NCBI GenBank assembly: GCA_964234715.1
Contig: OZ174276.1
Origin: Podarcis melisellensis
Lineage: Eukaryota
Length of the DNA stretch: 64,000 bases
Reading direction: 5' to 3' (one strand)
The translations under genes were made by a program, and so were the position numbers. This document shows positions 47,101-59,100 of this stretch, in pieces. The notes beneath the pieces were generated by a model, which did not search any database, was not told where the DNA came from, and was given only the letters and a program-made list of their open reading frames with translations. Position 1 is the stretch's first letter. Every line of letters starts with the position of its first letter.

Positions 47101-50100
47101 AAATGTCAATTAGCTGTCAAATGAAATGAAGTTAGGTCAATTTTTGTTAAAAAAAATTCTTGTGATTTAACTGTCATTCAATGAATATTCATGCCAGGTC
47201 TGCTTAGTATTTTGAATAGTACTTTGGGTAGAATGATAATAACCTTATAACTAACATGATTTTTTTACCTCTGGGGTATCTTCTTTCTAGGTTATGGAAA
47301 CTGGAACTCTGGCACAAATAGAGGCAAGTACCATAAAACCTTAGTTGACTGCCAATATGCATAACAGTTAAATCAAAAAGTAAATTCAGAACTAATGTTG
47401 AAATGTAACGGTTTTCACAGTTTTGGTGTATTTCCTCCTTTTAATATCTTCTGGCACTCATGCTCCTTTTATCCATCAATATCGTTAAGTCAGAGTTTAT
47501 GTTACAGTTTCTGGCCCTGTCAGTGAGACTACTGTGGATTCTTACTTATGGCTGATATTTGATCATCTGTATGTTTAATTTGGGCATTAATTTATCTCCT
47601 TTCACCTCCTACATGGTAACAATCATATTCATGTTAACTCAGAAATAGCCCAATTACTTCATTGAGATTTATCACAAGAAATGTGCATAGCATTATAGCC
47701 AAATTCCGCTTGCTTGCTAGCTCTTTTCCAAATGTTCAAAGAATAACAAAGCATCATGAACTTTCATAGGAATTTAGATTTTCAGCTGCAATACTATATA
47801 GAGTTTGGGGGGAGTATGCCCCACTAAATTACCAGTAAATGGGATTACTTCTGAATAACCATATTTAGGATCACACTGTTAAGCTGTAATTGTATAAACA
47901 GCAGGAATTCGACCCCTTGGAACAGAATGGGACGATTTCCAGTAAACATGTATAGGACGCAGTGTTAGTTTCAAATTATGAAGTGTGGGTATGGAGACAG
48001 TAACAATGGAGTATATAAATCATGGAAGGCATGCTAGGGATCCAGTTCTGCATTGTATTCTGCAGTCCAATTACTATTGTAAATGGCTTTGGGATGCCTG
48101 ATGGGAAGCAATTCATAAATGAAATAAATTATAAGTACTATTAGCTTGAATAACTTTATTTTACTGGATGTGATGAATTTTCATTTCCACCCTTAATCAG
48201 TTTTAGTTCTAAATTTGTGTCCTTACAGTATTGTGTGAAGATGAAATATGGTGTCTTGCAATTAGGTTCTCTTCTTATTGACACTGTTGTGCCACTTGCT
48301 AGAATTTTTTAAGTGATTTGAGAATATTTTATTGGATATCTATAAATTTAGTAGATTTCTTATGTAAATGACTAATTGTAGATGCTGGGGTAGGTGCTAA
48401 GTGTCTCTCCTGAAAACTCCCCCCCCCTCCTCCTAAAGAGAGGTGGATCATTATCCGAGGTAAGATGTGCTGCTCATGGAGGCTGCCACCTTGGGCCTCT
48501 CTAGCAATCAGGATACACCTGACGGTATTGTTAATGGTGCTATAGTTGGAGGTAATACCAATGCTGTAGCAGCTGAGCCCTTTTGCAGATGAGAAAAAAA
48601 TGAAGGTTGACTTTAGCAGGAAATTTGCTATGTACTTTTTCCATAGGTAAGAATTTTAATATTTGGTAGGAGTTCAGAAAATGTTTGTCCAGACATTTTA
48701 GACACAGCTATATCCTGAAGAGGAGCATTCTTGACGGTGATAATCTTGCATTAGATGCTTATGTATGGCGGGCAATCTATGCTTACCAAAAAATTCAGTG
48801 ACTGCTTCTCATTTCAGGTTACGAGGACTATAATTATGGATATGGATACAGTCAGGATAACTCTGGCAATTATGGGTACGGTATGGCCACTTCAAACTCT
48901 TGGGAAATGCCTAATTCAGATACAGACATGAACTATAACGCATCCACTGGCACCAGTGCTGATGTAATAACAAAATTTAACAAGCGCTTAGATATGGTGT
49001 CTCATCTAGAAACTGACACGATGCAAGGAGGACATTATGGCTCAGGTGGAGACAGGTGAGTGTAGAGACAAAGGTGAAAAGGTTCAGTAATAGTTATAGA
49101 TCAGGGCAGTTTCTGAAAGACATGTTGATCTAATGTGCTGTTGCCTAAGAGCTGTTCCCTTTGTTCTCCGACTGATAGTATTGCTCTTTGCTTCATATCT
49201 TTGCTGTTGCTTATAGAGCTGGGGGGTGGGGAGGAGACAGAATTAGCCAAGTTGTACTTCCTCTGCCTTAGCTTTGAAAATAAGGTGCTTGTACAGTGGT
49301 ACCTCAGGTTACAGATGCTTCAGGTTACAGACTCCGCTAACCCAGAAATAGTACCTCGGGTTAAGAACTTTGCTTCAGGATGAGAATGTAAATCGCACCA
49401 CAGCGGCAGCAGGAGGCCCCATTAGCTAAAGTGGTACCTCAGGTTAAGAACAGTTTCAGGTTAAGAACGGACCTCCAGAACGAATTAAGTTCTTAACCCA
49501 AGGTACCACTGTAAACATCTTTTCGTGAGGAAAGTTTGTTAATACTGCAACAGTTGATAAATTAATTGTAATGAATTATTCTGAAAGAATAGCAGATTTT
49601 AGAAATCTCATATAGTTTTGGATAGGTCACTATTTTCACAGAGTGTATGTAAGGTACCATCAATGTTAATGGGATATGTGTTTAGTCGGTTACCATAACT
49701 TAAGATTTTGCTCCAGCCAACTGAAACAGAAAATAAGTAAATAGAGAATTCTGTAGAATCTTTTCTCAGTACATTTCTCATCCCTAGAAGTCATTAATAA
49801 ATTGTTTAAGTTATTGTTCATACATAAGGAAGTTAACTTTGGATTGTTGAAGTGACTAGTGCTTATTGCTGTTAAGCAGGATATACGGTATAAAAAGATG
49901 TCAGAAGTATTTGCTTCACACTTATACCTGAGATTTTAACAGTTTTAGAGACATTGATTCCCAGACAGTTAGTGCACTTCACTAGAATGGCTATATTTAG
50001 GGTTTTATTGGTTGACAGTCCTGTTTCATGGATGCATTTCTAGAGGTCAGGTGAATGAACTATGTCTAAATAAATTGTATGTGTCATTCCCTCTGGGAAA

Positions 50101-53100
50101 GGTGTCAAGGGGTCACTGTATTATAACCCGTTTTGTGTACATTCATGCAGCTTAGTGGAATCAAAGCATAGTACTTAAACTGTAATGGGTAAATTATGCA
50201 TAGCATTCTGTACTGCTTTTCTATGTGTTGTCACTGTTTGTTTACCAGGTTCTAAAAGTAGCTTACAGTATCATAGAGGATGTTAATATTTTTTATTTTA
50301 AAATACCTTCGCTACTCCTTAATATTTATCTTACTGATATTGTGTCAGTTTTTAATTTATGACATTTTCATAAAAATAGAAGATGCAGGAGATTTACAGA
50401 AATCCTTAAGGGATAACAGTATCAAATGTGATTTTGGTAGTGTATGCGCTCTATTTGCACTCATTAAAACAGCATCTCTTGCCTAAGAAAGGTAATTGTT
50501 GTAGATAGTTTTGCCAAATAGTATTTCTGTGTTTAAACTACAGATTTCATGTGCTGGAAGAGTATAAAAGTTTAATCTCCCCTTTGCAGATACTGACTCA
50601 GGTTGTCAGGCTCTGCTGAAGTTGCAACCCTGTGCACATTTGGAAGCCAGTGTGATGCATCTCCCTATTTTCAGTTCTATCATACTAGGTGAATATTAAC
50701 CCAGCACTGTTATTCTCACTTGAGAGCCTAGGTGAGCATTAGAGACTAAATAGCAGGAAGTTGAAATAGATTTATACTTTGGAAAACAATTTCATAGAAG
50801 GCTCAGCTACAACAGTGAGTAGTGCTATGATATAAATTGGCACAAGATAGGGTTGATAGATGGAATATTTGAGCTTACCCTGATAGCTTTTAGAATGACA
50901 CTTTTTGTTCAGAGTTAGTTTTTAAAGTCTCCTCCTCAGCCATTGTTTCCTCAGCCATGTCCTTGCTTTCAGATCCTTGATACAAAGCTTGACCATTGAT
51001 TTTTGCACTTGTGCCCAGTACTGGTTTTATTAAGTGCAACATGACTTTGTTTTGGTCTGCCATAGCAATTGAAACAACATGCTTTCAGGAATAATGTGGA
51101 TTTTTGCATTCAACTGCATCTTTGTCTCAGAGCCTCTGTACTGTTTTACATGCATAGTATGTAGCTTAAATTTAAAGTTCTTCTGCAGCTTATGGAACAT
51201 TCTTGTGAAATTGTGCTGGTTCAAAGCTCCCCTTTATAGAAACAAGTCAACTTGTTTGTCTCAGCCACTCATTATAGTGAGCATAGAAAATGGAATTGTA
51301 AGGTGTACTCACATATTTTGTCTGCACTGAGCTTTCCTGCAGGCAAAATGTCATGTATAAGCATCTCTTTAGTATATAGATGATTTCTGCTTTCTTTTCT
51401 TCTTACTAAAACCACTTTATTTTCCAAACTGCTAATAATTTGTGGGAACCGACCTTGCATCCAGTGACTTCACTTGTTTTGCATAGCTGAACACCTGAAG
51501 TGATTGGAGTGTGAAACCAGTAAAAGGAAAAAAATTAAGAATTTGTATGATTCCCCCAAATTGAAAATATGTTTGTCAATCTGATCGGAGTGCTATGCTC
51601 TTTCTATGATTGACTGAGGCTAAACAGAACAAGAATTCTATGTAGCCTTATGTTGATTGCCCCCTCTATGTCCTTCCCCACTGCTATAATGCCCAAGGGA
51701 ATAATTCTCATACTGAGTTAAAACCTCAGTTGAGCTTTGTTATTACCTTGACTCTAGAACAATTATGAGAGGTTGTTTCCTTTAATGTGACCTGTTTTAC
51801 TGCCATTTTTGGCAGACACTTTAACATGGTGCTCTATATGCTACTGATTAGATTCCTTGCTTGCTGTGCAATTCTTGCAGGTATGATACATATGAGTCCT
51901 ACGACTCAAGGCCTTCACTAAACGACCGTGATCTGTACAGATCCGGCTATGATTACAGTGAAGCTGAACATGACACCGACAATGCCTATGAAGGCCACTA
52001 TGACAACTCCTATGGGAACCGCAGGGACCAGTACCACAACAGAGCACGTGACAACTTTGGCCACCGGGGTCAGAACTGGGCCAGAGACAGGCGAAATAAC
52101 AGACCCATGGCTTCTGCATATTCTGGGCGCATGGGCGGACAGTGGAATGAACCACCAGTGCCAATGGGAGGACGGGGCCATGGCCCCAATAGGCCCCCAT
52201 CCCTTTTCTCCCACAAACTATTCCCTGAATACAACATGTTCCAGGGAATGCGAAGTTTCTCTGGCAACATGCGCTTTGGAGGAGGCGGCATGAAACAACG
52301 AATGAGGAGAAACTGGAAAATGTGGGATGCAGATTTTAAAGTAAGTACCTATGTGATCTTCTCCCACCTGTTTTCTGCCCCATTTTTAGGGACATTGCCC
52401 AGCAAGAGAACTGCCTAGAACTGAGTGCAAAGGAGTCTGTTTTGTAATTTAAACTGTTTTATTATAGGGAGCATTTTTCTTCTCTGTCTCTTACATCTGC
52501 TTGGCACATCTTTATTTTAAACTGTTCTTTAGGAATCTCATTGTCTTCAGTATGCTGCCTTAACACCAAAAAGATTAATCACTGGATTTTAGTCATATCT
52601 AGGAAGTGTGACCTGGGATTCATTCGTTCGTTTCTTATAAAATAGGTCAGGTCTTAGGTGTGCATGTCTGTACCTATTGAAATGAGTTTTCTTGAGTGTA
52701 GAGAACATAAAATGTGAATGAATGAACATTTCTTGGTTGGTGATAAGAGAACTTTTAGACTGTGCATGTGAGTAAAAACAGTCTTTTCTTTAATTCATAG
52801 AAAAAAAGAATAAAGAATGAGCCTACTGCTAATAAACGAAAACAGGCTAACAGTTCTGATGAGCCTGACAGTAAGGCAGCAAAAACTGATGGCTCTGACA
52901 ACTCTGACTCTGATAATGGTAAGAGCAAATCACTGAAGCCTCCTGCCTTGTCTTCTTTTCATTGCATCTTAGTTTGCCAATATTGAAACATTAAAAAAAA
53001 AATTAAAAACTTTATTTAAACTGAAAGAAACCAATGATTACAGGAATATAATATAAAAGTAAGCTTCACATCATACTTTGGTTGTTCAGGAAAAGGGTGC

Positions 53101-56100
53101 ATCAAGACAACCAGATTTCCCTCATCAGTGCAGGCAGACAACTTTGTGCACCAGTACTAAGAATATAAGAAATAAAGTCCTTCCACATAGCATATAATTT
53201 TCAGGGTCTTCTGAGCCATTAGAGACCTTTAAATAGTGGGTAATCTCTGAAATTGCTGTTTGTCCTCATACATTTGTATCAAATGGTGTTTTCCACTATT
53301 GTGTTATTAAGATTCTGATTGCAGCCCCAGCGTCCATGTTAGCAGGTCTTTTGAGCATGAATTACAGAAGCATTCTAGAGATTTAACTGAGAAACTCGGT
53401 GGGGCCATTACAATAACACTTTCACATATATTGGAATCTCCCTATAAATGTTAGTCCAAAATTTAGAAACCAGTGGGCATTCCCACCAGAGATGAATAAA
53501 GGTGCCTCTGCCCCCCACACAAGCGATCTAGCAAGAGTCCAGATATTCTAGAAATCTGTATCAGTGTCTGATGCCATGTATGCTGTTTTTTATTAATGTT
53601 CATTAAAACAAAACTTTTTGTGAAATATTTCAGGCCTGCAACCCTATACCCACTTACCTGAGAGCAAATATAATTGAACTCAGTAGAACTTGCTTCTGAG
53701 AAGTCATATATAGGGTTGCACTGTTACAGTCATTTTATAGTCTGTATAGTTACTTGATATGTTGTTCTTTTCAGAAGAGGGCCCTGAAGGAGAAGCTACT
53801 GAGAAGGGTTCTAAAAATGTGAGTCTGAATTTAGTCTTGCTACAAAGACAAAGATTTATAATCCCAGTGTCTTATACATATATGATAGGAACAAGAGTTA
53901 CAAATGACGTCCTGCCATGCTTGCCTTTCTGTTTAGGGAGAGACCATGTACAGTTCCTTTTTTCTGTTGTTCAGAAACCAGAGGCTAGTGTGACTAGGTG
54001 ATGAATGAATGTTTAAAGAGCAAAGCTGACTCAAGGCATTGGTGCCCGAGATGAACACAAGCTCATTCCTCAGCCTCACTACAATAAGTAGTATAATAAT
54101 TTAAATTGTTGATAATTCGCTCTCCTTTAATGATTCTCATGATATGTAGACTGGGGTAACGCATTCACTTTGCTTTTTGTCAGGTCTGACACTGAGAAGA
54201 CATACTTGGTGTTTTTTCAGTTATTTATTGAAGATTTAACGTATAGATCTATTACAAAATACATCTGCTTCCAAATAATCTATTATGTTGTGCTCAGATA
54301 TAGGATGGACAGAAAGTGTTAGTGTGCAAATACAGGGTGAACCCTATACAGATTGCATTGCTGGCTATTCATTGTAGGTGATTGGGATTGTGCCAGCTGA
54401 CTCTGCTCCCATCTGATGTTAGTGCATGTTAAAGTTGGGTTTTGTGTGCATATAGCTCAATATATGTAGGTCTGATTTGTGTAAATTGTGTTCCCCAAAT
54501 GTGAGAGATCAGATCTGGCCTGCATGCATAAGGCCCCCTACTGTAATATGGCATTCCTTGCACTGGTGTCAGGCAGATGTAGTGAAAGGATGGATGCAGC
54601 AAAAGGGGGTTAGGCCAGCTGACACAATTCCCCACCTTTTAGGTATGTTTGTGTATGGCTAAGAACTTAAGAAGGCATAGAACAGGAATGGCCCTCCAGA
54701 TATTGGTGGACTACAACTTACATCATCTCTGACCATTAGCCATGTGCCCTGGGGCTGATGGGATTTAAAGTGCAACAACGTTAGAAGAGCCAAAGGTTCC
54801 TTACCTCTGGCTTAGAGTTTGAGCATAGAGTTATAGTTTGATCAGTGCAGAACTGAGCAGAGTTCTATTTCAGTCCATACTATCCAAATGTAGTTAGTGT
54901 CAATTTTTCAAATTTTAATTGCAGATCTTAGGATTTTGAGAGGTTTCTTAGAACATGAAATTCTTAAACAAATTCTGATGCAGCTACGGGTTTTTCCATT
55001 GCTCATTGTTGCAGAGATACTCACAATCACAGCCTACTATATTGATGTTTCTAGTAAATGGTAATTTTGTACTGTGGTTATGAACAGTGGCTGTTTTTTG
55101 TCTAAGCCCCAAATCATCTTGGTAGCTAGCAGCACTCCTGATTACTTGATGTAAAGGTTATTTCTACATGTGTTGTTACCTTGCCTGTAAGCAAGTGCAG
55201 CTCTATGCTTCAGTGTCTTTAATTACATTTTAGGAGGGAGAGGGAGAAGGAGGTGAAGATGAGGAAAGAAAAGGAGACTCTGCGAAAGGTAAGTTCAAAT
55301 GTACATGCATTAGGGTACTTCTGGTGATTATGTTATTTTTTGTGACAAGATGTGTGGAATATTGTGCAATTTCTTTCTGGGAACTTGGTGTATAGAATAA
55401 CCAAATCACTGTTTGTATCCTTTGAATAATTTGGTGTACTGATTAATTTATTTCTTTCTTTTTTGTTTGTATCTTTTATATTTATATTTTTCTTGTTTTG
55501 TATTTTTTCTTTTTAGTTTTGAATATTTGGATGTAATGTTTAATAAATGCTTTCTTTGTAATTTTTAAAAATGCAATAAAGATTTTTTTAAAAGATGTGT
55601 GGAATATTGCAGGAGATACACATTATTGTATTACAGCATTTTATAAACCATTGATAAATTCCAAGTTTCAGTTTTTACATGTTGATTCAGAACTAACTTA
55701 GCAAGTATTCCCTAATAATACATGTATCTTGAGTACAACACAATTAGTTAAATTTACAATGATCAAAATATTCAGGTAGAAGAGTTTTACATTGTGGTGT
55801 TAATTCTAGCAATTCCCTAGACTATTTGTGGAGGTAGGCTATAACTGTTTTGAGCTAGTTTCCAGTACCAATGTGGCTATGCATGCACAGCAGATCACTT
55901 CCAGACAGTGAAATTATTCAAAAATAATAGCTCCCAGAAGCAATAAAAAGCTGCCAGTTGGCTATGCTGAATATTGTTACACATCATCCTAATCTCCGAG
56001 TGGTGCAAGATTCTAGAAGTCCAGGCACTTACCCAGTGTTTGTGTTTCCCTTGGAAATGAGGCACAGCAAAGACTGTGGTTTCTTGGATATATGGTTTAT

Positions 56101-59100
56101 TTACATATGTATACAACCTGAGCCTATGGTAGGGGTTCATAGCATTACACTCCCAAGATGTACTCGCTTCATCCCAGTCTTAGATGCCAGCAGAAATCAG
56201 CCATGGCTCTCTGTCACCCTGCTCCAGTTTGCTGCCTTGAACAGACTGCCACCTTTTCCCTCACATCATTCCCAGCTGCAATCCTATACCACTACTCTCC
56301 TTCCAACCCTGGCCTTTGTCCTGCAAGCTAGCTATGACTTACACCCATTAGTCCTCCAGCACAGAGTACAGTCATACCTTGGGTTACAGCCACTTCAGGT
56401 TGCGTTTTTTTGGGTTGCAGACTGCCGAAACCCGGAAGTACCGGAACATGTTACTTCCAGGTTTCAGCAGTCACACATGTGCACTGAGTTGCAACCCGCG
56501 TGTGCACAGACACAGGTTGCAAATGTGCATCCTGCACGGATCATGTTCGCAACCTGAGCGTCCACTGTATTTGCTTTGTTAATTGTCCATTACCTTCCTT
56601 TTGTTTTCCTTGATGGCTCTTCTCTGAACTTGAAACTGGTTTGGCCTGTACTACAACCTTTTGCTAAATCCAGTGTTTGGCACCCATGCATTAGAGCTGG
56701 GGTCCAGGAACCCCACAAACTCATAACAATATAGAAGGAGGGGTTGCTGGTTTGTTTCTGTTCTTATTTTTTATTATATTTTTGTGTGGTTGATACTGTA
56801 ATTCTATTTTGTGGACAGCACTGAGATCTATGAGTATAGGGCAGTATACAAATGTAATAAAAAATAATAATATAAGCAGCAACACTTATACCTGGAATAA
56901 CCTGAAGAGAATTCTACTGTGTGGGATCAAGCTCAGAGTTCGTCTAAACTGTAACTCACACTTTATCCTTTATCCAATGACCAGGCAGATTCCTATTTAA
57001 TATGTAGTACTTTCCAATTAACCTGTGAGGCAAACTAAATGTTTTTCTTCTCATATAAACCATCACTGAACAATTGGTTTTGTGTATCCCACAGTTGTGT
57101 CTCCCAACAATTATATTTGTCTTAAAATTTTAAGTAGCAATTATGCTTCCAAGTCTGATTAAACTCCAGGAAACTAGCATTTTGTGAATTATTTTATGTA
57201 TTCATTTAGAAAATTTACAGACTATTTTATTTTTTTAAAAAAACTATTCAAGCGGTGTACAGATAAGTTATAGTATGGCCTCTTCATTGAAAGTAGATTA
57301 GGAACCTGGAGCCCAATCTTACCCAGGAGTTCAGTAAGGTCCATGAGTAGGTATTCTTTAAAAATAAACTGATCTTATTCATGTAGGAGCTATGACCATT
57401 CAAGAAGAGATCAGTCAAATCAAGCGCAAATTGCAAGCTGGTAAGAAAACTCAAGAGAGGCAAAAAAAGAGGTATCGTGATCGGATGGTGGAAAGGTAAG
57501 TCCAACAAGTTGTTGGAGGTTGATGTTTCATGTTGTACTTTCAAAAGTTTTTCAAACGTATTATAACATTTAAAAACAAGCAATTCTCTGTTTAAATAAT
57601 AATAATAAGCCAATGCCCTTCCAGTGCTCTACATCACAGCTGTACTGAAGTTCTGTGCAATCTTGGGGATTGCTGGTAGGGTTAGAACAAGAAGTTGGAG
57701 GGTTGATGGTCTCACGTATTCACCAACAACAGTTTCAGGATACATGGTCTATAAAGAGTTCAATTGGGAATAAGACAGCAGTGTTGCCTATTCAAGCACA
57801 CCTAGTGTATTGTAGTTCTTTGCTATAGTAAACTATATCAGCTTGACTACATAAAGAAAACTGGAAGTTTTCAAATTACTGCTGTGCAGATAAAAAGATT
57901 TTTCTTTAATTGATATATCTTAACAGGATTCAGTTTGTATGTTCATTGTGCAAGTATCGCACTTTCTATGAGGATGAGATGACCAACCATTTGGAGAGCA
58001 AATTCCACAAGGAACACTTTGCATTTGTTGGAACCAAGCTGCCCCAGCAAACAGCTGACTTCCTCCAGGTAGACTTTTTTCCCCTTTGAGCATTCCATTT
58101 TCCTTTAGATATTAACATGCAAAGCTAGATGTGGCACTTTGCTTCATTTTCCCCAGTCCCTCCTTGTCATTTGGTTTTTAATTATTTCAAGTGGGGCAAA
58201 AAATGTACTTTTGGATGACTATCAGAGTAGAAAACATCAGCATCTCTCAGTTCATCTGTGCTGCTCTTGCATTTTTCAGTACACAACACATCCACACCTT
58301 TACCTTAGTTCTTGCTTTTGAGAGAGATGGGAGAAAGGAAAGGAAGGCATAGCTTTGATTGTACTGTATAGTAATCCTAGCATGTTGTGCATTGGGCCAG
58401 GCCAGTATGGTATTATACACTATTGAGTATTCATAAGCTTTTCTGCAATGCAGGAGTATGTTGCTAATAAAACAAAGAAGACAGAAGAACGCCGTAAAGC
58501 AATTGAAGATATTAATGCAGTTATACAACAGATCTACAAAGACCAAGATCTTACCCAGGGTAGGTGTCTTAAAATTCAGGTAAAAAGCAATACATACTGT
58601 TGTTTTCTTGGGTAAAAATGTTCAGTTTTCATTCAGAAAAATAGGATAGAGGATAGGAAGCAATTCCGTAATGTTCTGTGTGAGACAAAGATGTGCCTAA
58701 ATTAACTTTGCTATTAGCTGAGATGGATATTGAATGCCCCCTCCCCCCTTTTGGTCCTTTGGTACAGTCGAGGGGGGTGTTTATGTGTGCAAAACAGTCA
58801 TTGTGTGTACGGTAGGATAGGTACTTTTTTAGAGAGAGAATTTCCCCCACTGCCCCTGAGGAATGGAAGTCTGTTATTTCACCCTCCTATATATTTTCCT
58901 GCTATCAAAGGTTTCCTATAGGAATCCTATGGCCCTCCAGACGTTGCTGACAGCGTTCGCAACTCCCATTGTTCAGGCACATTTTGCGACAGAGAATTTC
59001 ATTAATGCAAGCAGTTTTTGAGCTCTGGGTACAGTACTTGCACCTAAGATTTCAGATTAAAACTGCCACTGCTGGAAGGAAAGGAGGACCTTTTTCTGCC

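Noticed and set aside
45060-54030. Intronic C/D-box snoRNAs (RTGATGA hits near 46159, 48170, 53998)
   Set aside because: No suitably spaced CTGA D box with a terminal stem.
55958-56557. 199-aa intronic ORF
   Set aside because: Non-ATG start, runs into a MITE and has no recognisable motif. The 593..1132 ORF is rejected similarly because it spans repeat remnants.
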